This document shows, in pieces, positions 32,610 through 42,624 of a DNA stretch of 64,000 bases. Below the pieces are notes generated by a model, which worked only from the letters and a program-made list of their open reading frames with translations, did no database searches and was not told where the DNA came from. Position 1 is the stretch's first letter. Each line of letters opens with the position of its first letter. The DNA is from Brevundimonas sp. (GTDB taxonomy: Bacteria; Pseudomonadota; Alphaproteobacteria; Caulobacterales; Caulobacteraceae). Both the position numbers and the translations under genes were made by a program. Location of the stretch: the NCBI RefSeq assembly GCF_965262535.1, contig NZ_OZ253542.1. One strand, written 5' to 3'.

Positions 32610-35293
32610 CAGAGCAGATCCGGGTGGGTGGCGATGGATTTGGGCAGGCGGATCAGGATGCGGGTTCCGCGTCTGCCGTCGGCGTCGTCCTGGATCGGAC
32701 TGGCGGCGGCGATGCGGCCGCGCATGGCCTCGACGAAGCCCCTGGCGATGGCCAGGCCCAGGCCCGCCCCTTTCGCGCGGTCGGTCGGCTCCTCCATGCG
32801 GCGGAACTTGTCGAACACCCGTTCCAGCTCGGCGGTCGGAATGCCGCGCCCCTGATCTTCGATGGAGATGACGACGGCGCCGCGATCCTCATAAGCCGCC
32901 AGTTCGATGGTCGTGCCGTCGGGACTGTAGGCGATGGCGTTCTCGAGGATGTTGACCACCGCCTGTTCCAGCAGGCCCGGATCGGCCTCGACCAGGCTGA
33001 GTTGGGCCGGGAAGTCGCGCGCGACCCTGCGCCGGCCCAGGCGGCGCGACACCCGCTCGGCGGCCGCATTCAGGATGTCGCGCACATCGGTCCAGTCGGT
33101 GCGGACGTTCAGCCCCCCACCCTCCAGCCGGGTCATGTCCAGCAGATCCCCGACATAGCGCGACAGGCGTTCGGCCTCCTCGCGGATGCTGAGCAGCAGG
33201 TCGTCGCGCACCTCGGGTTTCAGGGTCGCACCATAGTCGATCAGGGTCGTCGCCGAGCCCAGGACGGTGGACAGGGGGGTGCGCAGGTCGTGGCTGACCG
33301 AGTTCATCAGGGCGGCGCGGAAACGGTCCGCGCGGCGCAGGGTCTCGGTTTCCAGCGCCTGCCCGGCCAGATCGGCCCGCTCCAGCGCCACGGCGCCCTG
33401 GTCCAGCAGGGCCATGGCCAGACGTTCCTCGTCCGAGCCCGCCGCCACGGACGAGGCGTCTATGCCCGCCACGCCCGCCCGGCCGCGCACGCCCTGAAGG
33501 GGCTGAAACCGCCAATGGGTCTGCGGCAGGGTGCCGGTGCCATGGCCCGTCACCTCGCCGTGGGTCCAGGCCCAGCGCGCGGCGGCCATGGCGTCGGGGG
33601 CCAGGGTCACGCCCTCCGGACTGGCGGCGGTCAGGACGATGTCCTCGCCGTCCGGAAGAAGCACGACGGCGCCCGCGCCGGCGGCGGCAGAGGCCTGTTC
33701 GGCCAGGCTGCGGGCGGTGGTCGCGCGATCCTGGCCGGCCGACAGGGTCTGGCTGGCGGCCAGCAGCGCCGAAACGGCGGCGGCGCGACGCTGGGCCGCC
33801 CGCGCCTGTTCGCGCACCCGCCCCGCCAGGGCGCCCGTGCCCAGGGCCACGCCCCAGAACAGGATCAGGGTCAGAACATCCGTCGGCGAACCGATCAGGA
33901 AGCTGTAGCGCGGCTGGAGGAACAGGAAGTTGTAGGTCAGGAAGGCCAGAGTCGCCGCCGCCAGAGCGGGCCTGAGCCCGTTCAGCACCCCCGCCGCCAC
34001 CACCGCCGCCAGATAGATGACGCCCAGGTCGACCCGCTCGAACCGGGCGTCCAGCAACAGGGCCGCCCCTGTCGCCGCCAGCACGAACCCCGCCCCGACC
34101 GGATAGCCGCGCCAGTCCAGCGCCGCCCGGACGCCCGACCGTGTCGCCGGATCGGGCGCGGTCAGGTCGCCCTCGGTCACCACGTGGACGGCGACCCCTT
34201 GCGCCTTGCGCAGCAGTTCGGTCGCCAGGGCCCGGCCGGTCCATTCGCTGAAGCGCCCGCCGCGCGTCTTGCCGATGACGATCTGGGTGACGTTGTTGCG
34301 GTGGGCGTGATCCAGCACGGCGCGCACCACGTCGTCGCCGCTGATCGTCACCGGCCGCCCGCCCAGTTGATCCGCCAGCTTGAAGGCCTCGGACAGCCGC
34401 CCCGCCGACCGGGCGTCGGCGCGCGATCCACTGGGCCGTTCGACGTGGGCCACGGACCAGGGGGCGTCCATCATCATGTCCGACATCCGCCGGCCGGTCC
34501 GCACCAGGGAGGCGGTCATGGCGTCGCCGCCGACCAGGACCAGGATCCGCTCGTTCGCCGCCCACGGCCCCGACACGCCCCGCTCACGCAGATGGGTCAG
34601 AAGCTGGTCGTCAACCGTCTGGGCCGCGCGGCGCAGGGCCAGTTCGCGCAGGGCCGTCAGATTCTCGATCCTGAAGAAGTTCTCGGACGCCACCCGCGCC
34701 GTCTCGGGCACATAGACCTTGCCCTCGGCCAGACGCGCCCGCAGGTCCTCGGGCGTGATGTCGATGACCTCGATGTCGTCGGCGCCGGTCAGGACGCTGT
34801 CGGGCACGGCCTCGCGCTGACGAACCCCGGTGATGCGCAGAATGACGTCGGACAGGCTTTCCAGATGCTGGATGTTCAGCGTGGTCCAGACGTCGATCCC
34901 GGCGTCGCGCAGTTCCTCCACGTCCTGCCACCGTTTTGGATGGCGCGAACCGGGCGCGTTGGAATGGGCGTATTCGTCCACCAGCAGCAATTCGGGCCGC
35001 CGCGCCAGGGCGCCGTCCAGATCGAACTCCATCAAGGCGCGGTCGCGGTGTTCGATGGGCGCGCGTGGCATGACGTCCAGCCCGCGCAGCAGGCTCATCG
35101 TCTCCTTACGGCCGTGGGTCTCGACCACGCCGACGACGACATCCAGCCCCTCGGCCTTTCGGCGGCGCGCGGCGCGCAGCATCTCGTAGGTCTTGCCCAC
35201 GCCGGGCGACATGCCCAGAAACACCTTCAGCCGCCCGCGCTTGCGGCGCGGAACGGCTGAAGTCGCGGAGGTTGCCGGCGCCGCTTCGGGCAA
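32609..35293 (-). CDS. kdpD: Sensor histidine kinase KdpD
   Basis: GMSPGVGKTYEML, LVDEYAHSNAPG, Usp, 4 TM, GAF, SVSHDLRTPL, GAGLGLAI. Confidence 0.96.
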   Translation of the reverse strand: MPEAAPATSATSAVPRRKRGRLKVFLGMSPGVGKTYEMLRAARRRKAEGLDVVVGVVETHGRKETMSLLRGLDVMPRAPIEHRDRALMEFDLDGALARRPELLLVDEYAHSNAPGSRHPKRWQDVEELRDAGIDVWTTLNIQHLESLSDVILRITGVRQREAVPDSVLTGADDIEVIDITPEDLRARLAEGKVYVPETARVASENFFRIENLTALRELALRRAAQTVDDQLLTHLRERGVSGPWAANERILVLVGGDAMTASLVRTGRRMSDMMMDAPWSVAHVERPSGSRADARSAGRLSEAFKLADQLGGRPVTISGDDVVRAVLDHAHRNNVTQIVIGKTRGGRFSEWTGRALATELLRKAQGVAVHVVTEGDLTAPDPATRSGVRAALDWRGYPVGAGFVLAATGAALLLDARFERVDLGVIYLAAVVAAGVLNGLRPALAAATLAFLTYNFLFLQPRYSFLIGSPTDVLTLILFWGVALGTGALAGRVREQARAAQRRAAAVSALLAASQTLSAGQDRATTARSLAEQASAAAGAGAVVLLPDGEDIVLTAASPEGVTLAPDAMAAARWAWTHGEVTGHGTGTLPQTHWRFQPLQGVRGRAGVAGIDASSVAAGSDEERLAMALLDQGAVALERADLAGQALETETLRRADRFRAALMNSVSHDLRTPLSTVLGSATTLIDYGATLKPEVRDDLLLSIREEAERLSRYVGDLLDMTRLEGGGLNVRTDWTDVRDILNAAAERVSRRLGRRRVARDFPAQLSLVEADPGLLEQAVVNILENAIAYSPDGTTIELAAYEDRGAVVISIEDQGRGIPTAELERVFDKFRRMEEPTDRAKGAGLGLAIARGFVEAMRGRIAAASPIQDDADGRRGTRILIRLPKSIATHPDLL

Positions 35294-35872
35294 TCAGCCC
35301 TCCGCCCCGAAGCGGGCGTCCAGTGCGCGATTGGTCATCAGGACATTGACGTGCGGCTGGCCGATGAAGCCCAGGAAGGCCCCTTCGATATGCGCCTCGA
35401 TGATGTTTTGGACCTGTTGCACGGGAACGCCTCTGGCGCGGGCGATCCGCGCGGCCTGAAGTCGAGCGTAGGCCGGGGACACGTCCGGGTCGAGACCGGA
35501 ACCCGAGGTCGTCACCGCATCGGCGGGGATGATCCCCGGACCGTCCTCGGCGCGGATCGCCCTGGCGCTTTCGGCGACGCGGGCGGCCAGATCCGGGTTC
35601 AGCGGCCCCAGGTTCGAGCCGGACGAGGCGGCGGCGTCATAGCCCTTGCCCGCCGCCGAAGGGCGGGGGTGCAGATAGGCGGCGCCCGCGAAGGGCTGAC
35701 CGATCAGGACCGAGCCGACAACCTGACCTGCGGCATCGCGCACCAGGCTGCCGTCGGCCTGATCGGGGAAGACGGCCTGCGCGATGCCGGTGACCGCCAG
35801 CGGATAGGCCAGGCCCAGCAGCAGGGTGAACAGGGCCATCATGACGACGGCCGGGCGAAGTTGATTGACCAT
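35294..35872 (-). CDS. kdpC: K+-transporting ATPase subunit C
   Basis: AYPLAVTGIAQ, SGSNLGP, DAVTTSGSGLDPDVS. Confidence 0.96.
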   Translation of the reverse strand: MVNQLRPAVVMMALFTLLLGLAYPLAVTGIAQAVFPDQADGSLVRDAAGQVVGSVLIGQPFAGAAYLHPRPSAAGKGYDAAASSGSNLGPLNPDLAARVAESARAIRAEDGPGIIPADAVTTSGSGLDPDVSPAYARLQAARIARARGVPVQQVQNIIEAHIEGAFLGFIGQPHVNVLMTNRALDARFGAEG

Positions 35873-35882
35873 GATCGTCGCC

Positions 35883-36623
35883 TCAGAAGGCGGCTTTCAG
35901 CGTGGCAGCGGCGCGCGCGCCATAGCCCTTGCCGAAGCCGTGCTGGTCGGTGTCGTGATAGCGCACGTCCAGCGCCAGATTGCGGGTCAGCTGATAGGCC
36001 GTACCCAGGTTCCAGGTCGTATAGTCCAGGTCCGAAGACACCCACTGACGACCGACCGCGCCGGATATCGTCCACCTGTCGGCGGGGTGGACGGCGCCGT
36101 TGATCTCGGCATAGGTCGCCTGATCCTCGGCCGCGCCGAAGAAATCCGGCGAATAATAGACGGCGGCGCCCAGGGTTGCGGGACCGACGGCGCGCGAGGC
36201 CGCGGCCTTCAGCTCGACATAGTCATAGTCCGCGCCCTCGGGCTGGCCGGGGTAGAGATAGCCGACCACGCCGAAGTCCAGCGCATAGCCGGCGACCTCG
36301 GGCCGATAGCCGGCGTAGAGATCGACCTCGGCGTCCGTGCTGTCGCCGAAATCGACATTGGAGGCCCAGGCGCCGGCGTAGAATCCTTCGTTCGTCAAAT
36401 CGACGCCCGCTGATATCGCGGGCCTTTCCCGGGTTTGGCTGACGCCGCGGAAAACGTAGTCGGAGGTGACGGCGACGTTTGCCGACACGTCCTGCGCCCT
36501 GGCTTCGCTGCACAGGCCAAGGCCCGAAAGGCCCAGGATGCAGGCGGCGGCGAACCAGGCGTCGTTGCGGCCCGAGGCCTTGGAGAGGGGTTTACGCATG
36601 AGGATGTCCTTGGGAACGCGCAT
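35883..36623 (-). CDS. TorF-family (TIGR02001-like) putative outer-membrane porin
   Basis: Signal peptide; ANVAVTSDYVFRGVSQT, GAWASNV, EVDLYAGY; C-terminal Phe. Alternative ATG at 36599. Confidence 0.85.
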   Translation of the reverse strand: MRVPKDILMRKPLSKASGRNDAWFAAACILGLSGLGLCSEARAQDVSANVAVTSDYVFRGVSQTRERPAISAGVDLTNEGFYAGAWASNVDFGDSTDAEVDLYAGYRPEVAGYALDFGVVGYLYPGQPEGADYDYVELKAAASRAVGPATLGAAVYYSPDFFGAAEDQATYAEINGAVHPADRWTISGAVGRQWVSSDLDYTTWNLGTAYQLTRNLALDVRYHDTDQHGFGKGYGARAAATLKAAF

Positions 36624-38689
36624 CAGGCCAGGCCGAGCGCGGAGATGAGAAGGTCGATCAGCTTGATGCCGACGAAGGGCGCGATCAGGCCGCCCAGGCC
36701 GTAGATCAGCAGGTTGCGACCCAGCAGGGCGCCGGCGCCGATGGCCCGGTATCTGACGCCCTTCAGCGCCAGAGGGATCAGGGCGACGATGACCAGGGCG
36801 TTGAAGATGACCGCCGACAGGATGGCGCTCTCGGGGCTGTGCAGCCGCATGATGTTCAGCGCGCCCAGCGACGGCAGGGCCACCACGAACATCGCCGGGA
36901 TGATGGCGAAATATTTGGCCACGTCGTTGGCCACCGAGAATGTGGTCAGGGCGCCGCGCGTGATCAGCAGTTGCTTGCCGACCTCGACGATCTCGATGAC
37001 CTTGGTCGGGTCGCTGTCGAGATCGACCATATTGCCCGCCTCGCGCGCGGCCTGGGCCCCGGTCTGCATGGCCACGCCGACATCGGCCTGAGCGAGCGCA
37101 GGCGCGTCATTGGCGCCGTCGCCGCACATGGCGACCAGACGACCCTTGGCCTGTTCGGCCTTGATCAGGCGCATCTTGTCCTCGGGCGTGGCCTCCGCCA
37201 GGAAGTCGTCCACCCCGGCCTCAGAGGCGATGGCCGCCGCCGTGACCGGATTGTCGCCGGTGATCATGACGGTGCGCAGCCCCATCCGGCGCAGGTCGGC
37301 GAAACGCGCCTTCACCCCCGGCTTGACCACGTCCTTCAGGTGGATGACGCCGACCAGGACGCCGTTCTGGGTGACGGCCAGGGGCGTCCCGCCCGAACGG
37401 GCGATCCGGTCCACCGCCTGACGGAACTCGGCCGGGGCCGAACCGTCGGTAAGGTTCAGATCCTTCAGCACGGCGTCGACCGCGCCCTTCCTCCAGCTGT
37501 CCTTGCCGACGTCCAGGCCCGACTGACGGGTGACGGCGGTGAAGGGGATGGCGACGGCGCCGACCGGCTGATCGACCGAGACGCCCGCATTGCGGCCCAG
37601 TTCGACGATGGAGCGGCCTTCCGGCGTCTCGTCGGCCAAGGACGCCATGACGGCGGCGGCCAGGGCGGCTTCGGGACGGACGCCCGGAACCGGGATGACC
37701 TCGGTCGCCATGCGGTTGCCGAAGGTGATGGTGCCGGTCTTGTCGAGCAGCAGGGTGTCCACGTCGCCCGCCGCCTCGACCGCCCGGCCCGAGGTGGCCA
37801 GGACGTTCACCTTCAACAGCCGGTCCATGCCCGCGATGCCGACGGCGGACAACAGGCCCCCGATCGTGGTCGGGATCAGGGTGATGAACAGGGCGCCCAG
37901 CACCATCGGATCCAGATCGACGCCGGAATAGGCGCCCAGGCCCACCAGGGTCACGACCGCGATCAGGAAGATCAGGGTCAGGCCGGCCAGCAGCACGGCC
38001 AGCGCCAGTTCGTTCGGCGTCTTCCTGCGATCCGCGCCCTCGACCATGGCGATCATGCGGTCCAGGAAGGTCGAGCCGGGCTTTGCGGTGATGCGCACCT
38101 TGATCCAGTCCGAGACGACAGTGGTGCCGCCGGTCACGGCCGAACGGTCGCCCCCGCTCTCGCGGATCACCGGGGCGCTTTCGCCGGTGATGGCGGCCTC
38201 GTTGACCGAGGCGACGCCCTCGATGATCTCGCCGTCCGAGGCGATCACGTCGCCGGCCTCGACCAGGATGATCGACCCGACCTCAAGCTCCGACGCATTG
38301 GTCGGGACCACCGTGCCGGTCGCGGGGTCGACGATCAGCTTGGCCTTGGTCGTGACGCGGGTGGCGCGCAAGGAATCGGCCGCCGCCTTGCCCCGACCCT
38401 CGGCGACGCTCTCGGCGACATTGGCGAACAGAACCGTGGCCCACAGCCACAGGGCCAGTTGCACCGCAAATCCGGCCGACTGTCCGCCCGCGATGGCCGC
38501 CGCCGCCGAGATGGTGGACAGCAGCGCCACGATCCAGGTGGTGAAGATGACCGGGTTCTTGATCAGTTTGACGGGGTTCAGCTTGACCACCGCATCGCCC
38601 ACGGCGCGACCGATCATCGCCCCGGAGAGCCCGCCCGCGAGGGGCGACGCACGGCCGCCCTCACGGGGATCGAGAGTGAGTTGTGTCAT
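36623..38689 (-). CDS. kdpB: K+-transporting ATPase subunit B
   Basis: TGESAPV, DKTGT phosphorylation site, [16 protein letters not shown]. Confidence 0.98.
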   Translation of the reverse strand: MTQLTLDPREGGRASPLAGGLSGAMIGRAVGDAVVKLNPVKLIKNPVIFTTWIVALLSTISAAAAIAGGQSAGFAVQLALWLWATVLFANVAESVAEGRGKAAADSLRATRVTTKAKLIVDPATGTVVPTNASELEVGSIILVEAGDVIASDGEIIEGVASVNEAAITGESAPVIRESGGDRSAVTGGTTVVSDWIKVRITAKPGSTFLDRMIAMVEGADRRKTPNELALAVLLAGLTLIFLIAVVTLVGLGAYSGVDLDPMVLGALFITLIPTTIGGLLSAVGIAGMDRLLKVNVLATSGRAVEAAGDVDTLLLDKTGTITFGNRMATEVIPVPGVRPEAALAAAVMASLADETPEGRSIVELGRNAGVSVDQPVGAVAIPFTAVTRQSGLDVGKDSWRKGAVDAVLKDLNLTDGSAPAEFRQAVDRIARSGGTPLAVTQNGVLVGVIHLKDVVKPGVKARFADLRRMGLRTVMITGDNPVTAAAIASEAGVDDFLAEATPEDKMRLIKAEQAKGRLVAMCGDGANDAPALAQADVGVAMQTGAQAAREAGNMVDLDSDPTKVIEIVEVGKQLLITRGALTTFSVANDVAKYFAIIPAMFVVALPSLGALNIMRLHSPESAILSAVIFNALVIVALIPLALKGVRYRAIGAGALLGRNLLIYGLGGLIAPFVGIKLIDLLISALGLA

Positions 38690-38707
38690 GTCAGAATGTC
38701 CGGGGGA

Positions 38708-40417
38708 TCAGGCGCCGGCGACCGCCGCCAGCACCTGGAAGTGCTCGACGATCGGTCCCAGCGCGAGGGCGGGCAGGAACTGCAGTCCGCCGAGGATGAG
38801 GATCACGCCGATCAGCAGGCCGATGAACAGGCCGCTGTCGGTGGGCAGGGCGCCGACGCTGGGCGCCAGCTTGGGCTTGGCGACCAGGCTGCCGGCGATG
38901 GCCAGGACGGCGACGGCCGGTATGAACCGCCCGAACAGCATGGCCAGACCCAGGGTCGTATTCCACCAGGGCGTATTGGCGCTCAGGCCCGCGAAGGCCG
39001 ACCCATTGTTCGCCGCCGCCGAGGTGTAGGCGTAAAGCATCTCCGACAGGCCGTGCGGTCCCTTGTTCAGCAGACCGGCCAGGGCGGTGGGCAAGACGGC
39101 CGCGATCGCCGTGAAGCCCAGTATGGCCAGCGGCAGGATCAGCACCGCGATCATGGCGAACTGGATTTCGCGCGCCTCGATCTTCTTGCCCAGATACTCC
39201 GGCGTGCGACCGACCATCAGACCGGCGACGAAGACCGACAGCAGAGCCATGACCACCATGATGGCGATGCCCGAGCCGACGCCGCCCGGCAGAATCTCGC
39301 CCAACTGCATCAGGAACATCTGCAGGCCGCCACCCAGGGGCATGAAGCTGGCGTGCATGGCGTTGACCGAGCCGTTGGAGGCGCCGGTCGTCACGACGGA
39401 CCAGACGGTCGAGGCGGGGGCGCCGAAGCGGACCTCCTTGCCCTCCATGTTCACCGAGGCGTCCACCTGGGCCGCGACCAGGGACGGCGGTGCTTGCGTC
39501 TCGATCACATACATGGCGGCCGAGGAGACGCTCAGCAGGATCAGCGCCGCCGTCGCCAGGGCCCTGATGTCGCGTCCCGCCAGCGCCGTGCGGCCAAAGG
39601 CGAAGAAGGCGGCCCAGCCCATGACGTTGATCGCCACGGCGGTCAGCAGATTGGTCATGGCGTTCGGGTTCTCGAACGGATGGGCGCCATTGGTGTTGAA
39701 GACGCCGCCGCCGTTGATGCCCAGTTGTTTGATCGCCACCTGGCTGGCCGCCGGGAACAGCGGCAGGGTCTGCGACCCGCCCTCGACCCCGACGGCGTGG
39801 ACATTGGCCGCCAGGCTCTGAACCACGCCCAGCCCCGCCAGGGCGACCGCCAGGATCAGGGCGGCGGGCAAGAGGACATAGAGGGTGGTCCGCGTCAGAT
39901 CGGCCCAGAAGTTGCCGACCCCCTCGCCGCGATGGGCCACGAAGGCCCGCGCCAAGGCGGCGGCGACGGTCGCCCCGGTCGCGGCCGAGACGAAGTTCTG
40001 CACCGTCAGGCCGACCATCTGCGTAAAGGTCGACATCGTCGCCTCCCCGCCATAGCTCTGCCAGTTGGTGTTGGTCACAAAGCTGACGGCGGTGTTGAAG
40101 GCCAGGTGCGGCGAGACGCCCGCGAACCCCTGCGGGTTCATCGGCAGCATGCCCTGCAGCCGCAGGATCGCATACAGCAGCACAAAGCCCGCCAGGTTGA
40201 AGGCCAGCAGCGCCCCGGCATAGCCCAACCAGCCCTGGCTGCGTTTCGGATCGACGCCAGCGGCGCCATAGAAGACGGCCTCCACCGGCTTCAGCACCGG
40301 GTCCAGCCAGGTCCGCTCGCCGTTCCAGACGCGCGACATGTAAACGCCGATGGGCCAGCCGAGCAGAACGGCCAGCCCAAGGGTCAGGGCGATCTCGCCC
40401 CATCCTTGAATGTTCAT
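38708..40417 (-). CDS. kdpA: K+-transporting ATPase subunit A
   Basis: [35 protein letters not shown]. Confidence 0.98.
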   Translation of the reverse strand: MNIQGWGEIALTLGLAVLLGWPIGVYMSRVWNGERTWLDPVLKPVEAVFYGAAGVDPKRSQGWLGYAGALLAFNLAGFVLLYAILRLQGMLPMNPQGFAGVSPHLAFNTAVSFVTNTNWQSYGGEATMSTFTQMVGLTVQNFVSAATGATVAAALARAFVAHRGEGVGNFWADLTRTTLYVLLPAALILAVALAGLGVVQSLAANVHAVGVEGGSQTLPLFPAASQVAIKQLGINGGGVFNTNGAHPFENPNAMTNLLTAVAINVMGWAAFFAFGRTALAGRDIRALATAALILLSVSSAAMYVIETQAPPSLVAAQVDASVNMEGKEVRFGAPASTVWSVVTTGASNGSVNAMHASFMPLGGGLQMFLMQLGEILPGGVGSGIAIMVVMALLSVFVAGLMVGRTPEYLGKKIEAREIQFAMIAVLILPLAILGFTAIAAVLPTALAGLLNKGPHGLSEMLYAYTSAAANNGSAFAGLSANTPWWNTTLGLAMLFGRFIPAVAVLAIAGSLVAKPKLAPSVGALPTDSGLFIGLLIGVILILGGLQFLPALALGPIVEHFQVLAAVAGA

Positions 40418-40435
40418 GAGTTTCGTCCCGGTCCG

Positions 40436-40525
40436 TCAGAACCGCTCGGGCCGCAGCAGAGCCGCGACCATATAGACGGCGACGACCACCGCCCCCGCCC
40501 CCCAGAGCATGGCGATCATCGTCAT
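40436..40525 (-). CDS. kdpF: K+-transporting ATPase subunit F (29 aa)
   Basis: Translated by hand as MTMIAMLWGAGAVVVAVYMVAALLRPERF, with the diagnostic Y..ALL.PE.F ending directly upstream of kdpA. Below the ORF-track cutoff. Confidence 0.9.
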   Translation of the reverse strand: MTMIAMLWGAGAVVVAVYMVAALLRPERF

Positions 40526-40605
40526 ACCCGCTTCAACGCAACGGCCAGGGCCGCAAAGACGACGAACGCCCCCGCCCCTGCCGCCAGAAAAACCACATCG
40601 GCCAA
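40522..40605 (-). CDS. 27 aa hydrophobic micro-peptide upstream of kdpF
   Basis: TTG start 5 nt after GAGGAGG; MADVVFLAAGAGAFVVFAALAVALKRV. Its stop overlaps the kdpF ATG (ATGA). Confidence 0.7.
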   Translation of the reverse strand: MADVVFLAAGAGAFVVFAALAVALKRV

Positions 40606-40684
40606 GCCGGCCTCCTCAAGCTCAGATGAAGCGTGAAGAGATCACGGGCGGCCGTAACGGCGCGATGTGGATTCCTAGCCCGGG

Positions 40685-40701
40685 CATAAAGGAAACATAA
40701 A
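40685..40701 (-). promoter_or_regulatory. Putative KdpE operator (TTTATG-N5-TTTATG)
   Basis: AT-rich direct repeat with 11 bp periodicity about 80 nt upstream of the kdp micro-ORFs; same architecture as the E. coli KdpE box TTTATA-N5-TTTACA. Confidence 0.7.
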
Positions 40702-40788
40702 AAGCCGGGGCCGGTCGACGAAACATGAAAAGCCTACGCTCCACCGGGACCGGAGGCTTCAGAAGTCACCGCAAGCTGGACGAATAGT

Positions 40789-41394
40789 TCAGCCGCCGTA
40801 GCCTCGGCCGCCGCCGCCGAAACCGCCGCGCGAGACAACGGTGGTGCGGCTCTGGACCCGCGTCGGGGCCTGGCGGGCGACGTCGCCATGCTCGCGCGCA
40901 TTGGTTAGAGTCTTTCCGGTGCGATAGTCGCGGTAGGCGTAGCCGCCGCCGTAGCCGTTCGACAGCCGACCCTCTCGGTCGCGATACAGCGGCCCGCCGC
41001 CGCGATAGCCGCCGCCGTTCAGCATCTGGCCGACGATGAAGCCCGTCAGCAGCGGGGTGAAGAAGGATCCGCCGTTGTTGTTCGGCCGGCATTGCGACGG
41101 TCCCCACTGGCCCTCGCACTCCTCACGGGTGGCGTAGCGAGGGGCGGTTTTGGCCGCTTCTTGCTGAGCCTTGGTCAGGGCGGCGTCGCATTCGTTGTCG
41201 GGAATGTCGTTGGCGGCCTTGCATTCGTCCAGCGACTGGTAGGCCAGGGTCGGTTCAGGCTCGGGCGCCGGGACCCGCTGGGGCGAGCCGCAGGCGGCCA
41301 GCGAGAAGCTGGCGGTCGCCATCAGGCTGCTGACGTGCAGGACGCGCGACCGCTTCAGCCGGCGCATGGTGTCGGTCTTGGGAAGATCGGTCAT
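40789..41394 (-). CDS. DUF1190 (YgiB/YjfM-like) lipoprotein
   Basis: Basic n-region and lipobox LAAC; YQSLDECK...C, PRYATREECEGQWG..C, FFTPLLTGFIVG; Gly-rich tail. Confidence 0.85.
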   Translation of the reverse strand: MTDLPKTDTMRRLKRSRVLHVSSLMATASFSLAACGSPQRVPAPEPEPTLAYQSLDECKAANDIPDNECDAALTKAQQEAAKTAPRYATREECEGQWGPSQCRPNNNGGSFFTPLLTGFIVGQMLNGGGYRGGGPLYRDREGRLSNGYGGGYAYRDYRTGKTLTNAREHGDVARQAPTRVQSRTTVVSRGGFGGGGRGYGG

Positions 41395-41398
41395 GGGT

Positions 41399-41812
41399 TC
41401 ACGACGTCATGCAGGCGGCGTTGAGCAAGCCGACGCAGATGGAGATGGAGGCCAGATAGACGGCCGCGGCGATCTCGCCCGCCTCGATGCGAACGACCAG
41501 ATTGCGGAAGGCCATGCGGCTGATGGTGACGAACACCACGATCTGGATCACGCCAGCCAGCAAGGCCCAGGCGGCGAATTCCATCAGGCTGACGGTGTGC
41601 GACAGGGCCGAGGCCAGCGGCAGGACATAGCCGATCAGGGCGCCGCCCAGCGCGATGGCGGCGGCCGTGTTGCCTTCCCGGATCAGCGTATGTTCGTGAT
41701 AGGGCGTGACCCACTGGTAGATCAGTTTGAAGGCCAGGGTGAAGGCGCCGGCCATGGCGAAGGCGATCAGGAAGGCGATCGCCCCCTGCTGAAAAATGAA
41801 CCAGTCGAACAT
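41399..41812 (-). CDS. DUF350 (YjfL-like) membrane protein
   Basis: IYQWVTPYHEHTLIREGNTAAAIALGGALIGYVLPLASA; ends GLLNAACMT. Confidence 0.9.
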   Translation of the reverse strand: MFDWFIFQQGAIAFLIAFAMAGAFTLAFKLIYQWVTPYHEHTLIREGNTAAAIALGGALIGYVLPLASALSHTVSLMEFAAWALLAGVIQIVVFVTISRMAFRNLVVRIEAGEIAAAVYLASISICVGLLNAACMTS

Positions 41813-41838
41813 CGGTCTTGCCCCCTCGGATTGCGCGC

Positions 41839-42486
41839 TCAGGCGCGGAACTCGGCCATTTCCAGCGGAATGCCGATCATGATCTCGTGCGTGGTGTCGC
41901 CGCCGTCGGGCTGCTGCTCAAGCGCCAGCATCAGTTCGCGCCCGCCGCCCAGTTCCCGCGCATACAGCATGCAGGTCTGGAAAATCCTGGCATAGGGCGT
42001 GGTCGCGGCGCGGTCGTCCCAGATCGTCTCCCACAGGGTGACGGGCGGCTGGATGGCGTCGCTTTCGGCGAACCAGAAGCGGGGATAGTCGGGCAACTCC
42101 TCGGCCGCGCCGTGAAACACCGGCGCCGACAGGCGGTCGCGCCAGATGCGGCGTTCGCGCTCGCCTGGCGGATAGGCCGAGGTCCAGGGGATGAACAGGC
42201 TGAAATCATAGCTTTCCAACCCCGCCTCGTCGTCGCTCATGGCCTGAAGCATGACGTGGTCGTCGGTATAGAAGCGATGAACGAACTGACCGCTGTCCAG
42301 ACTGACCAACCCTTGCGCCGAGATGTCCAGCACGTCGCGATCCAGGCTGAACTGCGTCTCCGACCCCAGCCGACGCCAGGCCAGCGGGTCCAGCGACACG
42401 GTGCGCCCCACGGTGATGTTTCGCACCGTCGCCAGCCGATTGGCGGGTGCCGCCTTTTCCGCCGATCCGAAAAGCTTCTTGAACAT
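41839..42486 (-). CDS. DUF2491 (YjfK-like) protein
   Basis: MFKKLFG..., HRFYTDDHVMLQ, QTCMLYAREL, IGIPL. Confidence 0.8.
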   Translation of the reverse strand: MFKKLFGSAEKAAPANRLATVRNITVGRTVSLDPLAWRRLGSETQFSLDRDVLDISAQGLVSLDSGQFVHRFYTDDHVMLQAMSDDEAGLESYDFSLFIPWTSAYPPGERERRIWRDRLSAPVFHGAAEELPDYPRFWFAESDAIQPPVTLWETIWDDRAATTPYARIFQTCMLYARELGGGRELMLALEQQPDGGDTTHEIMIGIPLEMAEFRA

Positions 42487-42597
42487 GGGCGACTATCTAG
42501 GCCCGATCCACGCCGACGGCGAGCGGACAGCGACGATGCAACCGAATGAGGCGGTTCATGCCGCGACAATCCGTCCGATCTTGCGTCAAGTCAAGCG

Positions 42598-42622
42598 TTC
42601 ATGTTACGTGTTTCATGTCACG
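42598..42622 (+). promoter_or_regulatory. Direct repeat TTCATGT(T/C)ACG x2 immediately upstream of the yjfI-like start
   Basis: Copies at 42598-42608 and 42612-42622; partial TTCATG at 42555. Lies in the divergent spacer. Confidence 0.45.
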
Positions 42623-42624
42623 CC

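Noticed and set aside
36839-40636. 1265 aa plus-strand ORF, and other long ORFs such as 3292-6429, 10473-13502, 26257-28695 and 32624-35260
   Set aside because: Antisense shadows of kdpAB, era, spoT, hrpB and kdpD. High GC and codon bias suppress stops, and the translations have no recognisable motifs.
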